From Mobula hypostoma (Eukaryota), in the NCBI RefSeq assembly GCF_963921235.1, contig NC_086100.1, positions 204,354,001 to 204,418,000 of the forward strand: DNA of 64,000 nucleotides. The letters are read 5' to 3'. Below, in pieces: positions 24,446-37,540 of the stretch. The position numbers and the translations under genes were made by a program. Within the stretch, counting starts at the first letter, position 1. Each line of letters opens with the position of its first letter. The notes under the pieces were generated by a model. It had not been told where the DNA came from and made no database searches. It saw only the letters and a list, made by a program, of their open reading frames with translations.

Positions 24446-25920
24446 GGAGTCTTCGGGCCTGGGGCGAGACAGGGGGCTGGGGTCTTCGGGCCTGGGGCGA
24501 GGCAGGGGGCTGGGGTCTTCGGGCCTGGGGCGAGGCAGGGGGCTGGGGTCTTCGGGCCTGGGGCGAGGCAGGGGGCTGGGGTCTTCGGGCCTGGGGCGAG
24601 GCAGGGGGCTGGGGTCTTCGGGCCTGGGGCGAGGCTGGGGGCTGGGGCAAGGCAGGGGGCTGGGGTCTTCGGGCCTGGGGCGAGGCGGGGGGGGCTGGGG
24701 TCTTCGGGCCTGGGGCGAGGCGGGGGGGCTGGGGTCTTCGGGCCTGGGGCGAGGCGGGGGGGGCTGGGGTCTTCGGGCCTGGGGCGAGGCGGGGGGGGCT
24801 GGGGTCTTCGGGCCTGGGGCGAGGCGGGGGGGGCTGGGGTCTTCGGGCCTGGGGCGAGGCGGGGGGGGCTGGGGTCTTCGGGCCTGGGGCGAGGCGGGGG
24901 GGGCTGGGGTCTTCGGGCCTGGGGCGAGGCGGGGGGGGCTGGGGTCTTCGGGCCTGGGGCGAGGCGGGGGGGGCTGGGGTCTTCGGGCCTGGGGCGAGGC
25001 GGGGGGGGCTGGGGTCTTCGGGCCTGGGGCGAGGCGGGGGGGCTGGGGTCTTCGGGCCTGGGGCGAGGCGGGGGGGCTGGGGTCTTCGGGCCTGGGGCGA
25101 GGCGGGGGGGCTGGGGTCTTCGGGCCTGGGGCGAGGCGGGGGGGGGCTGGGGTCTTCGGGCCTGGGGCGAGGCGGGGGGCTGGGGTCTTCGGGCCTGGGG
25201 CGAGGCGGGGGGCTGGGGTCTTCGGGAATGGGGCGAGGCGGGGGGCTGGGGTCTTCGGGCCTGGGGCGAGGCGGGGGGCTGGGGTCTTCGGGCCTGGGGC
25301 GAGGCGGGGGGCTGGGGTCTTCGGGCCTGGGGCAAGGCGGGGGGCTGGGGTCTTCGGGCCTGGGGCGAGGCTGGGGGCTGGGGTCTTCGGGCCTGGGGCG
25401 AGGCTGGGGTCTTCGGGCCTGGGGCGAGGCTGGGGGCTGGGGTCTTCGGGCCTGGGGCGAGGCAGGGGGCTGGGGTCTTCGGGCCTGGGGCGAGGCAGGG
25501 GGCTGGGGTCTTCGGGCCTGGAGCGAGGCAGGGGGCTGGGGTCTTCGGGCCTGGGGCGAGGCAGCGGGCTGGGGTCTTCGGGCCTGGGGCGAGGCAGCGG
25601 GCTGGAGGCTTGTGACTTGAGACGAGGTTGGAGGCTTGATGCTTGAGACTTAAGTCTTGAGGCAGGGGGCTGGGGTCTTCGGGCCTGGGGCGAGGCAGGG
25701 GGCTGGGGTCTTCGGGCCTGGGGCGAGGCAGCGGGCTGGAGGCTTTGGGCCTGGGGCGAGGCAGCGGGCTGGAGGCTTCGGGCCTGGGGCGAGGCAGCGG
25801 GCTGGAGGCTTCGGGCCTGGGGCGAGGCAGCGGGCTGGAGGCTTGTGACTTGAGACGAGGTTGGAGGCTTGATGCTTGAGACTTAAGTCTTGAGGCGAGG
25901 CGAGGCTGGAGGCAGGAGAC
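24446..25920. repeat. GC-rich ~33-bp minisatellite array (GGGGCGAGGC(A/G)GGGGGCTGGGGTCTTCGGGCCT)
   Basis: Directly visible tandem units with variable G-run length; a ~70-bp spacer is duplicated at ~25590 and ~25830. Confidence 0.95.
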
Positions 25921-26485
25921 GAGGCGAGGCATGCTCCTCCTGGGCAGGGCACAGTTTACTTGGGCAGGGCACAGTACTCCTGGGCAGGGCGCGGATCACC
26001 ACCCGACAGAGGCATGGAACAGGAAGGGACAGAACCAACACCAGGTATCGGCAAGACGGCTTGGCTTACCTGGGCAGAGGCAAGGGACAGGAAGGGAGCT
26101 AGGTACAGGGTGGCTCCAGGACAAGACCGCAGGCGAGACGAGGCGAGAGTTACCCGCAAGATAAGGCATGTCTTCTGGCAAAGCAAGGCGAGACGAGAAC
26201 TTCAGGCGAGGCGAAAGTTACCGGCAAGACAAGGCAGGGCTTCAGGCAAGGAAACAGAAGGCAGAGGAAGGGATACAAAGAGTAAGGACAAGAACAATCC
26301 AGCAGCCACACCTGGGTCTCTGGAGGTATTTACGCAGCCAGCCCCAACGAGCATCAGCTGCCTCAATTAGCTCAACAAGAACAGAGACAGGGTAGATAGC
26401 AAAACCTGGAGCAATGGTCGATGGACCAGACCGTGAACCGGAATACGGACTTCACGGACCGGACCATGACATCCGGGTCCTGACA
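25920..26485 (-). mobile_element. Probable Gypsy-type LTR / non-autonomous element carrying the minisatellite
   Basis: Minus strand starts TGTCAGG...TGTCATGGTCCGGTCCG with GCAGCTG and TAAATA motifs resembling fish Gypsy LTRs. Confidence 0.5.
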
Positions 26486-28045
26486 GGATATTCCCAAGGA
26501 CCTTGAGGGAAATTAGTGTAGTAATAGCAGGGCTCTGTCAGAAATATTTCAAATGTCATTAGAAACGGGGATGGTGCCGTAGGATTGTCATATTGCTCAT
26601 GTTGTTCCATTGTTTAAAAAGGGTTCTAAGAGTAAACCTAGCAATTATCGGCGTGTACGTTTGACGTCAGTGATGGCTAAATTAATGGAAAGTATTCTTA
26701 GAGATGGTATATATAATTATCTGGATGGATAGTGTCTGATTAGGAACAGTCAACATGGATTTGTGCGTGGAAGGTCATGTTTGACAAATCTTACTGAAAT
26801 TTTTGAAGAGGTTACTGGGAAAGTTGACGAGGGTAAAGCAGTGGATGTTGTATATATGGACTTCAGTAAGGCCTTTGACAAGGTTCCACATGGAATGTTA
26901 GTTAGGAAAGTTCAATCGTTAGGTATGAATATTGAAGTAGTAAAATGGATTCAACAGTGGCTGGATGGGACATGCCAGAGAGTAGTGGTGGATAACTGTT
27001 TGTCAGGTTGGAGGCCGGTAACTAGTGGTGTGCCTCAGAGATCTGCACTGGGTCCAATGTTGTTTGTCATAGACATTAATGATCTGGATGATGGGGTGGT
27101 ACAATGGATTAGTAAGTATGCAGATGATACTAAGATAGGTGCCATTGTGGATAATGAAGTAGGTTTTCAAAGCTTGCAGAGAGTTACCGACAAGATAAGG
27201 CATGGAGAGATTTAGGCCAGTTAGAAGAGTGGGCTGAAAGATGGCAGATGGAGTTTAATGCTGATAAATGTGAGGTGGTACATTTTGGTAAGACTAATCA
27301 AAGTAGAACATACATGGTAAACGGTAGGGCATTGAGGAATGCAGTAGAACAGAGTGATCTAGGAATAATGGTGCATAGTTCCCTGAAGGTGGAATCTCAT
27401 GTGGATAGGGTGGTGAAGAAAGCTTTTGCTATGCTGGCCTTTATAAATCAGAGCATTGAGTATAGGAGTTGGGATGTAATGTTAAAATTATACAAGGCAT
27501 TGGTAAGGCCAAGTTTGGAGTATTGTGTACAGTGCTGGTCACCGAATTATAGGAAAGGTGTCATCAAAATAGAGTGAGTACAGAGAAGATTTACTAGAAC
27601 GTTACCTGGGTTTCAGCACCTTAGTTAGAGAGAAAAGTTAAACAATTTAGGTCTTTATTCTTTGGAGTGTAGAAGGTTGGGGGGGCGGGGGGCTTGACAG
27701 AGGTATTTAAAATTATGAGGGGGATAGATAGAGTTGACATGGATAGGCTTTTTCTATTGAGAGTAGGGGAGATTCAAAGAAGAGGACATGAGTTGAGAGT
27801 TAGAAGGCCAAAATTTAGGGGTAACACGAGGGGGAACTTCTTTACTCAGAAGGTGGTAGCTGTGTGGAACGAGCTTCCAGTAGAAGTAGTAGACGCAGGT
27901 TGAATATTGTCATTTAAAGTGAAATTGGATAGGTATATGGACAGGAAAGGAATGGAGGGTTATGGGCTGAGTGCAGGTCGGTGAGACTAGGTGAGAGTAA
28001 GCATTCGGCACGGACTAGAAGGGCCAAGATGATCTCTTTCTGTGC
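26486..28045 (+). mobile_element. CR1 (family C) RT to 3' end
   Basis: ORFs 26763-27215, 27248-27577, 27694-27903 with [13 protein letters not shown] and YADDTK. Confidence 0.9.
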
Positions 28046-28046
28046 T

Positions 28047-29692
28047 GCAATTGTTATATGGTTATATTCGTGGAGTCCCTTATGGTAAACACTACAATCA
28101 TGATGTCAGAGTCCACAAGTACATGTATGAAGCACTGATGAGACTCGCATGGGCAGAGTACACACCGTGGGTTGAGGACAAAGTTCCAGAGAGGAGTGGG
28201 ATGATCAAACCATTCTTAGACCATGTGAACGACATGGCCAGTGACTTGAACCAACAGAAGTTGAACAATCTGCTGCAAAGTCCACTCTTAGCTGTGCCGA
28301 TAGCCCTGTGGATGGACTTTCTGGAACACCTCCGTCACAACAATGGAGAGCTATCCACATTCTGGATGTCATACATTGACATGATAGAGAACGGAGTATT
28401 TGGGCTTCTGCGTGTCTCTCGTGAGGGGGACTGGGTGTTGCACCTCCATGCTGTAAGAACCATGATCCCATGGTGATTTGCCTATGATAAGATGAATCAT
28501 GCCAGGTACCTGTCCCTGTACTTTGCTCAGATGATGAATCTCCCACAGAAGAATCTTTCTGTATATGAGGCCTTCAAGACAGGCCAATTCTTAGTGCAGC
28601 TGCCCCTTTGGGCAGATCCCTGTGGACCAGGCTATTGAATCCACAGTGAGCAAAGACACACAGACTCCTGGAGGCACATCACGGTTCAGCCTGAATGCTG
28701 GAGCTATCAAGCGTTACTACATAACAGCTGAGCACCACAGTGCATTCCTGGGATTCCAGTTAAGGGAGATGGTGCAAGGCAACAAATCAGAGCTTTGTCA
28801 TGCGGAGCTACAGCGGCCAAGAATCCAGAAAGATGAGGAAGCAGTTTCAGCAGTGATTAGCCTCATACGAGAATGGGTCAACCCACTTGCAGAGAAGCAG
28901 GATCTCATTAGCATCTCTACGGCAAAGGCAGCCCCCAAGACATTACCTCTGACCTGATGAAAGCATATGAGATTGGTGAGCAATGCTATGCAACCTTCAA
29001 GGATGAGAGACTAGAGGAAGACCCACCAGCAAAGAAATTCCATGACCCACTGAAAACCAACAAGCTGAAAACATTCAGTGATATGTGTAAGAAGAGAGAA
29101 TTGAAATCAAATGGGAAGGCAATAATCTTGAAAGCAGACAGGTCTTTGTTTGGACGCATCATAGTGATGGCACAACGGCGCAGTCTACGTATGGAGGATA
29201 TCCTTTCTCATCCCCTTGGTCCATTGCCCTGGGCCCTGTCCACACCAGAAGGATTGCTGAGAAAGACAAATAAAGCTACTTTATCTACAATCTTACAGAA
29301 AAAAAAAAAGTAGCAGTAGCAGAGCAACTCCCAGGAAACTCTGCTGCAGTGGTTGATGGAATGAACTTGGTCCAAAGTGTGAAAGATGATCAAGCTACTT
29401 TCAGAAATGTTGCCACAACAATTCTGGTTATGGCTCTGAGGGAAGGCCGTCAGAGTAGCAGAATAGATGTTGTGTTCGACACATGAAAAGAGAACTCTAT
29501 TAAGGATAGTGAAAGATCTCTATGGGGTGAAGAGACTGGTCATGAGTTGCAAGGCATCACAGGCACACAGAAGGTGAGGCAGTGGAGGAGCTTCCTGAAC
29601 AAAGTCAGTAAAAAAATAGTCTCATTAAACTTCGTAGTCCATGAATGGAGGAAGGGGGAGTACACAGCAAAGCTACAGGAGAAGATTCTGTA
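28047..29692 (+). mobile_element. Academ-type DNA transposon fragment (transposase plus XPG-like nuclease), frameshifted
   Basis: REGDW.LHL.....IPW.FAYD..N.ARYL, DQAIE.TV.KD...GG, DRSLFGR, L.HPLGPLPW.L, VVDG, RIDVVFD, WRSFL motifs. Confidence 0.7.
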
Positions 29693-30263
29693 TGAATCAC
29701 GTAAAGCTACCACTGGTGCAATGCTATCAGATATTTTCAAACTCTAGAGATATATACCTTGCCAAAAATCACTATGAGCATTATTCCCCTCAGATGGTAC
29801 CGACCAACCCTACTGGCTCACTACTTCTAAGCAGTTTAAAACTACGCCCCCTCGTGTTAGCCATTTCAGTCCTGGGAAAAAGCCTCTGGATATTCACACG
29901 ACCAATGCTTCTCGACATCTTATACACCTATATGAATTTCCTGCATGATTTTCCTCGGGCTGAATAAGACGATGAGCTCACTGTGGTTTTGATGCTGTCC
30001 AGGGCTCTGGACTAAGATGGTTAAACTCCTTCCTTCCCTGCTCTTTTCAATGTTTTGTGCCATTTTCACTAATTTCAATGGACTGTATCTCAGATAGATG
30101 AATTGTTGCAATGCGCCTCTAAAATCTGACAGCAGACTAGCGAGTGAATCTTCGATGGAACAGAGTCAGAAACCGGAGTTGCCAGCCTGAGTCGGGGCTT
30201 TGAGGCTCCAGAAAGAGATGGGGTCCAGAGATTACGAGGAGGATGGGTAATCAGAACAGCAGA

Positions 30264-30415
30264 ATATAGAAACATAGAAAATAGGTGCAGGAGTAGGCCA
30301 TTCGGCCCTTCGAGCCTGCACTGCCATTTATTATGATCATGGTTGATCATCCAACTCAGAACCCCGCCCCAGCCTTCCCTCCATACCCCCTGATCCCTGT
30401 AGCCACAAGGGCCAT
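30264..30415 (-). mobile_element. CR1 family D 3' end
   Basis: Reverse complement of 61740-61895. Confidence 0.85.
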
Positions 30416-30439
30416 ATGGCTACAAATGAAAGATCAGAA

Positions 30440-30680
30440 ACATTTGGAAACTGATTTCCAAAAAAATGTGGTTCATTTGTGCAGAATACTGGAGGAAATC
30501 AGCAGATCAGGCAGAAAATGTGGAGAGGAATAAATAGACAACGTTTAGGCTGAGCCCCTTCAGAATGCCTAGACTGTATACTCCTCTGCTTAGTTGCTGG
30601 CTGAACTACAGAGTTCCTCCAGCATTTCGTGTGTGTGCATCCTTGTATTTCAAGCAACTGCAGAATCTCTTGTGTTTTAT
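30440..30680. repeat. Degenerate inverted Penelope-like terminal repeat
   Basis: CTGGAGGAA..CAGCAG.TCAGGCAG arm and inverted GAGTTCCTCCAGCATTT.GTGTGTG arm. Confidence 0.55.
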
Positions 30681-30779
30681 ATCTGCATTTGTGACAGGAT
30701 TGTACTTTGACATTAGCTGCACTAAATGCCTGTTGATATTGCGTATATTGTTTATGAGAGCGACTGTCTGCGATAAAAG

Positions 30780-31150
30780 AGAACTGTTTAATGGCTCCTT
30801 GATAACCCAGAAGGCACCGCGTTCAAAATTTCGCCATCGCTGAAGCACCGATCAAATGCGCAGTCGTCAAGGTTATGACGTCTCCAAATATCACGCGTGC
30901 GCACACTACACAAAAGGCCCCTCGAAATCGGTGCAGGTAAGGCATTCTCCGGACAGACATTTTTAACACCGATTTAGGGACACGGGACAATTGCTGTGAG
31001 CTCCGGACACCGTGACCCTCAATCCCGGGACAGTCCTGCTCTCTTCCCTCTCTCTCAGCCCCACGATCCATACACGGGCCCCGGGGAGCTTCCGGCTGAT
31101 GAGGGAATGGGAACCGATGGATCTCTCAGACAGAGCTGAGCTCCAGCTGT
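30780..31150 (+). promoter_or_regulatory. CpG-rich promoter/first exon of ZNF gene 2 with donor CAG|GTAAGG (GT at 30937-30938)
   Basis: Reverse-complement homology to 18099-18290; CACGCGTGCGCAC motif. Confidence 0.6.
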
Positions 31151-31237
31151 CTAAATGCAAGGATTGGGAATCGGAGAAAGGGAACAAAATCTTTTACATC
31201 AGCTGTTGAGAAAATCACCTTTATTCCACCTCCAGTC

Positions 31238-31378
31238 ACAAACAAGAGAAAATCTGCAGATGCTGGAAATCCAAGCAACACACACACAAAATGCTGGAGG
31301 AACTCAGCATTAGTACTCTTTTCTATAGATGCTGCCTGGCCTGCTGAGTTCCTCCAGCATTTTGTGTGTGATGCTTGT
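31238..31378. repeat. Short fold-back Penelope-like repeat
   Basis: CACACACAAAATGCTGGAGGAACTCAGCA ... TGCTGAGTTCCTCCAGCATTTTGTGTGTG perfect inverted arms. Confidence 0.75.
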
Positions 31379-31601
31379 TCTACCTCCTCTTGTTCTGGAC
31401 CTTTCTACCCGTGAGAACATGTTTTGACCCATTTTCTCTGGGTACATAATGATATCAAACACCTTTGCCCTGGGCAATAAGTAGCTTTCACGTCACAAAT
31501 GTGCCAGACTCCAGTGAGACAGACTCCTGCCCTACCCACCATATTCATTGGCATTGCCATCGCCATCAATGAGTTCACCACCGTGAGTCACCTGGGGGAG
31601 G

Positions 31602-31912
31602 GTTCAGAAGAAATATTTATGTACAATACAGAAACTGGTGTGCGTTGTGGTGGTGCAAAAGTTGCTGGAGAATTTGCAAGTGGGAAGAAAGGGAGTGATA
31701 TTTGGAAATCTGACTTTTTAAAGCATCATTTAGCAAGAAAATCACATATAGGCGGTGTGCAAAAGCTCTGGCGAGAAAATCCTTCATTACCCGCTACAGA
31801 CCTGCTACATAGGTTGTGTGAGACTGCAGATGAACTCGATCGAACCCAGAGGAGATCAAAGTTCTTATTGACAGTGATTTGCCAGCTGTTAAAATGAATA
31901 CTTCTCTATATA
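31602..31912 (+). mobile_element. hAT transposase N-terminal (TTF-type zinc finger) remnant
   Basis: C..AKVAGEFASGK....WK.DFLK.HLA.KSH pattern. Confidence 0.45.
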
Positions 31913-31989
31913 AAATTCAGTTTGCAAATGTTGTTGTCACTGGGTAAAAGTTGAACAGTACAAGATTTTTTGCCCATACTGGTCATTAC

Positions 31990-32475
31990 AAATTAGAGGG
32001 GATATTGGTTGGAAGGCGGGGAGACCTCCACTGTCCCTGATGCCCTCACCTACAAGATGTGCATCCAGCTGTAGCTTGTAACCCTGCACTTTAAGGAGTT
32101 GGAGCTGGAAATAGATGAATTCCGCATTATCCAAGAGTCGGAGGGGGTGGTAGATATGACATGAAGAGAGGTGAGTTACACCCAAGGTGCAGGACACAGG
32201 AGACTGGGTGAAAGTCAGGAAGGGGAATGAGGTTAAATAGCCATCACAGAGTACTCTTGTGGCCATTCCACACAGCAACAGGTAGACCACGTGAGAAACT
32301 GTTGCGGGGGGGGGGAATTACCTGGCAGAGGAAAGTCAAAGGGGTGATAGGGGATTCGTTAATTAGGGGAACAGAACAAAAAGGGAACTAATATCCTAGT
32401 GCTAGTGGGGAGGAGGTTAAACTAAAGTTGTAGGGAGGATTGGAGCCCGAATGACAGAACAGAGAGTGGAGAGGT
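31990..32475 (+). mobile_element. Degenerate, deleted CR1 ORF1
   Basis: KCIQL.L....KELELEIDE, WVKVR.G, VAIP.SN, VIGDS fragments. Confidence 0.7.
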
Positions 32476-32477
32476 TG

Positions 32478-33212
32478 AATTGACTTTATTACTTATTTCC
32501 TTCATATACATGAGGAATAGAAACCTTTATGTTATGTCTCCATCCAAATGTGCAATGTGAAACTTATAATAATTTATAATAAATAGTATGTACAACTGGA
32601 CAGTCGGTATAAATAAAAGTACAATTGTATCAGCATGAATTAATCAATCAGATGGCCTGGTGGAAGAAGCTGTCCCTGAGCCTGTTGGTCCTGGCTTTTA
32701 AGCTGTGGTACCATTACCCGGATGGTAGCAGCTGGAGTTGATTGCGGTTGGGGTGACTCGGATCGCCAATGATCCTTCAGGCCCTTTTTACACTCCTGTC
32801 TTTGTAAATGTTCTGAATAGTGGGAAGTTCACATCTACAGATGCTGGGCTGTCCACACCACTCTCTGCAGGTTCCTGCGATTAAGGGAAGTACAGTTCCC
32901 ATACCAGGCAGTGATGCAGCCAGTCAGGATGCTCTCAATTGTGCCCTTGTAGAAAGCTGTTAGTATTTGTGGCCCCATACCAAACTTCCTCAACTGCCTG
33001 AGGTGAAAGTAGTGCTGTTGTGCTTTTTTCACCACACAGCCGGTATGTACAGACCAGGTGAGCTCGTCAGTGATGTGTATGCCAAGGAACCTAAAGCTAT
33101 TCACCCTCTCAACCCTAAATCCTGGGCCAGTCTGTCTCCATTTCTCCTGTAGTCTACAGCTAGCTCCTTTGTTTTAGTGACATTAAGGGTAAGGTTGTTC
33201 TCTTGACACCAC
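32478..33212 (-). mobile_element. Rex1/Babar-type LINE 3' fragment
   Basis: FRFLGIHITDELTWS, VKKAQQ..F.LRQL.KFG, FY.GTIESILT..ITAWYGN. Confidence 0.8.
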
Positions 33213-33454
33213 TCCGATTTTGTTCAGACCTCAGGGCATGAAATTATGATATTGTAGCCATTACCTGGACTTGCTTGCACCTAACAGTCTGAGGGATTTC
33301 ACGGAACAAATTCATGAAGAGCTGCAGACTATGCCAAGAAACAAAGGTTGATTCAGTAAGTTATTTTAACTTTCCATATATTGACTGGGACTCCCATACT
33401 GTAAAAGGATGAGATGGGGTAGAGTTTGTCAAATGTGCCCTTAATCAGTACGTA

Positions 33455-34594
33455 AAACATAGATCATAGAATAGTACAGCACAGTACAGGCCCTTCGGCC
33501 CACAATGTTGTGCCAACCCTCAAACCCTGCCTCCCATATAAGCCCCCACCTTAAATTCCTCCATATACCTGTCTAGTAGTCTCTTAAACTTCACTAGTGT
33601 ATCTGCCTCCACCACTGACTCAGGCAGTGTATTCCACGCACCAATCACTCTCTGAGTAAAAAACCTTCCTCTAATATCCCCCTTGAACTTCCCACCGCTT
33701 ACCTTAAAGTCATGTCCTCTTGTATTGAGCAGTGGTGCCCTGGGGGAGAGGCGCTGGCTATCCACTCTATCTATTCCTCTTATTATCTTGTACACCTCTA
33801 TCATGTCTCCTCTCATCCTTCTTCTCTCCAACGAGTAAAGCCCGCGCTCCCTTAATCTCTGATCATAATGCATACTTTCTAAACCAGGCAGCATCCTGGT
33901 AAATCTCCTCTGTACCCTTTCCAATGCTTCCACATCCTTCCTATAGTGAGGCGACCAGAACTGGACACAGTACTCCAAGTGTGGCCTAACCAGAGTCTTA
34001 TAGAGATGCATCATTACATCGTGACTCTTAAACTCTATCCCTCGACTAATGAAAGCTAACACCCCATAAGCTTTCTTCACTACCCTATCCACCTGTAAGG
34101 CAACTTTCAGGGATCTGTGGACATGTACCCCGAGATCCCTCTGCTCCTCCACACTACCAAGTATCCTGCCATTTACTTTGTACTCTGCCTTGGAGTTTGT
34201 CCATCCAGAGTGTCCCACCTCACACTTCTCCGGGTTGAACTCCATCTGCCACTTCTCAGCCCACTTCTGCATCCTATCAATGTCTCTCTGCAATCTTCGA
34301 CAATCCTCTACACTATCTACAACACCACCAACCTTTGTGTCGTCTGCAAACTTGCCAACCCACCCTTTTACCCCCACATCCAGGTCGTTAATAAAAATCA
34401 CGAAAAGTAGAGGTCCCAGAGCAGATCCTTGTGGGACACCACTAGTCACAATCCTCCAACCTGAATGTACTCCCTCCACCACCACCCTCTGCCTTCTGCA
34501 GGCAAGCCAATTCTGAATCCACCTGGCCAAACTTCCCTGGATCCCATGCCTTCTAACTTTCTGAATAAGCCTACTGTGTGGAACCTTGTCAAAT
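33455..34594 (-). mobile_element. Young ~1.14-kb CR1 family B copy with open RT C-half
   Basis: ORF 33520-34638 open from FDKVPH through FADDTK to the end of ORF2; 5' junction at ATTTGACAAGG; sits inside an older CR1 EN fragment. Confidence 0.92.
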
Positions 34595-35029
34595 TTCCGA
34601 TGTAGAAGTGTGCAATAAGCTATTAGGAAGTGATCCAAGGCTAGTGACAGAAATTAGTGTACGAGAACACTTTGTATCTGGTGATCATAATGCCATGAGA
34701 TTCCAAGTAAATACAGAAAGACAGAGGTCCGGACCTCTCTTGAGATTCTAAATTGGAGAGAGGTCTATTTTTATGGTAGTTGCAAGGATTTAACAAGTGT
34801 GGATTGGGGGTCGAATGTTTCTACTTCTTTGGGATGTATCTATCAGTCAGCTTCTGAATTGCTCCCAGAAACTCCATCCATTGCTGCTCCATTTTCACTC
34901 CTACCAGTTTTCCCTTCCAAACAAGTTTGGCCAGCTTCTCTGTGATAGAAACATGGAGAAGTTCAGGACAGAAACAGGCTATTTGGCCCGCCATGTCAAT
35001 GCCAAAAAAACCATTTAAACTGTCTAATG

Positions 35030-36343
35030 CCGGGGTCTCAACCTTTTTTGCACCGCTGACCGGTTTAATATTGACAATATTCTTGCGGCCCGGCCAACCC
35101 GGGGGGAGGGAGGGTGTAGGGTTGCCAACTTTCTCACTGTGTTTACCCCGAGAAAGACTACCATGACCATGAAGCCTTGTGCGGGCACCTGTGTGCGCAT
35201 ACATGCTGTGCACATGTGTGTACGTGCCGATTTTTTTCTACAAATTGGTTTTGGCGATTCTGTTCAATGAGACTACACTCTACATACATTATTTGTACTT
35301 TATATAGGCTGTGTATTTATCATATCATTCTTGGTTTTACTATATGTTAGTGTTATTTTAGGTTTTATGTGTTATTTGGTATGATTTGGTAGGTTATTTT
35401 TTGGGTCTGGAAACGCTCAAAAATTTTTCCCATATAAATTAATGATAATTGCTTCTTTGCTTTACGCCATTTTGGCACGAATGGTTTCATAGGAATGCTG
35501 TACCTTAGCGGGGGAAATACGGGACAAGGGCGGTCTCGTGTGGGACAAACCAATTTAGCCCAATATATTGGATGTCCCGGCTAATACAGGACTAGTGGGG
35601 GGGGGGGGGGCGGGGAGGTGTTAATCACGACCGGAATATAGGTGATAAGTCAACTATAAGTCACTTATAAGTGGCTAGTACACTCAATTTCATTACTAAA
35701 AGGGATTATCTATTGAATTTAATATTAAACACAGTGCATATTTTCCTCGCATGAATACAGTGATAAGTCACTTATAAGTCAATAGCATCATAACATTTTA
35801 AGTAATGTTTGGATATTAAACACACAAGGCATGTTTTCCTCGTATGAACATATAAAATCATTGCAACACACCAATATCACTGAATCAGTGGGAGCCCTGG
35901 GCTTGTTTTTTTCTGCAACAGGAGGGTCCTATCAAGGGGTGATTGGAGACAGTGATACTCGAACGGGGTTCTTTACGTCTAGCCTGTTCTGCGATTTAGT
36001 TTTCGTTGCATTCATTGCAGAGATATGTTGGAAATGGAAGCAACGTTTTCAGTGCTTTTGTGTCTATCTCAGGATATTCAGCCTTGACTTTGATCCGGAA
36101 TGCCGGCAGAGATGTTATGTCAAACATACTTTTCAGCCCGCCGCCATTTGCAAGCTCGAGGAGTTGATCTTCTTCCCACGCTGACATGGATGACACGTGC
36201 GTAATGACCTTGTGTGCGTTCAAGTTCAACAGTGGGCGTGACAGGGAATGAGGAAAGGTGCAGCTGACTCATATCACCAAATCATATCATTTCTTTGTGG
36301 CCCGGTAGCATATGCTTTGCGGACCGGTGGTTGGGGACCTCTG
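35030..36343 (-). mobile_element. hAT (Charlie-like) non-autonomous element with 8-bp TSD
   Basis: TSD GTCTAATG at 35022-35029 and 36344-36351; TIRs CCGGGGTCTCAACC / GGTTGGGGACCTCTG; transposase C-terminal remnant KAEYPEI..KALK.LLPFPT.YLC. Confidence 0.85.
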
Positions 36344-36351
36344 GTCTAATG

Positions 36352-37540
36352 CAATGACCTGCACTGGGACTATCGCCCTCCATACCTCTACCATCCAGGC
36401 TCCCAATCAAACTTCTTTTAAATGGTGAAACCGAGCTCATATTCACCACTTGTGCTGGCATCTCATTCCACACTCTCACGGCCATTTCAGTGAAGAGTTT
36501 TTCTACATGCTTCCCTTAAATTTACACCTTCCTCACTTAACCCATGACATCCAGTTGTAGTCCAACTTGACATTGGTTTAAAAATCCTGCTTCCATTTAC
36601 TTTATCTATACTTTCATAACAAATCTATACCTTCTAACAAATCCTCAAAGCAATGTATAATTTCCCGGTTTATGTTTAGAGCCTTTTAAAAAAGTGAAAG
36701 ACCATTGGCTATTCTCCAATCCTCTGGTACCTCCCCCGACACTAAGGATGATTTAATTATCTCTGCTGGGGGCCCTGACAATTTCTGCATTTGCATCCCA
36801 TAGGTCTAAGGAAGCATCTTGTCATGCTTGGAGATTTATCCACCCTCATCTGCTTCAGGATAGCAAACATCTCCTCTTCTTTAATCTGTGCAGGGTCCAC
36901 GATGTTAATGCCGCTTTTTCACACTCCCATAGACCTTGTGTCCATCTCACGATGAAAAAATTATTTAACATCTTCCCCATCTGCTGTGGTTCTGCACGTG
37001 GATTGCCATTCCGGTCTTCCAGAGGACCAACTTTGTACCTTACAATCCTTTTGCTTCTAATCTATCTCTAGAATCCCTTTGGAATATCGTTCATCTTTTC
37101 TGTGAGGGCAATCTCATGCCTTCTTTTAGCCATCCTGATTTATTTCTTATGTGTTCTCTTGCATTTCTTATACTCCATAAGAACCTGCCTGCCTATCCCT
37201 GTATCCCTGTTATGCAATTCAGTTTTGTGTTTCACCGGGGTCTCAATATCTCTTGCAAACCAAGGATCCCTGCAGTTTTTATCTTTACCTTTTATTCTGA
37301 CAAGCACATACCCACTTTGTACTTTCAAAATTTCGCTTTGAAGGCCTCCCACTTACCAAGCACACCTTTGACATAAAGAGCCTGTCCCAGTCCACAGTTG
37401 CCAGATCCTAGTGTCAGAATTCCAGGTGTTGATCCATGCCCTGAACACATCCACCCTTCCTACTCTGCTCCTTGCATTGAAATATACAGGGCTCAGCATA
37501 TTCACTGCACCATGCTCAATGGTTTTCATTCCTGACTTTA
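36352..37540 (-). mobile_element. Degraded CR1 fragments
   Basis: V.VWNE.P, PWF.RDIE, YFNARS motifs. Confidence 0.7.

Noticed and set aside
24446..25920. CRISPR array
   Set aside because: Contiguous tandem units without unique spacers, no cas genes, eukaryotic context
24325..25932. 535-aa Pro-rich ORF (and the 412-aa Gly-rich antisense ORF) as a gene
   Set aside because: Stop-free translation of the GC minisatellite; only the last ~35 aa are ERV RT
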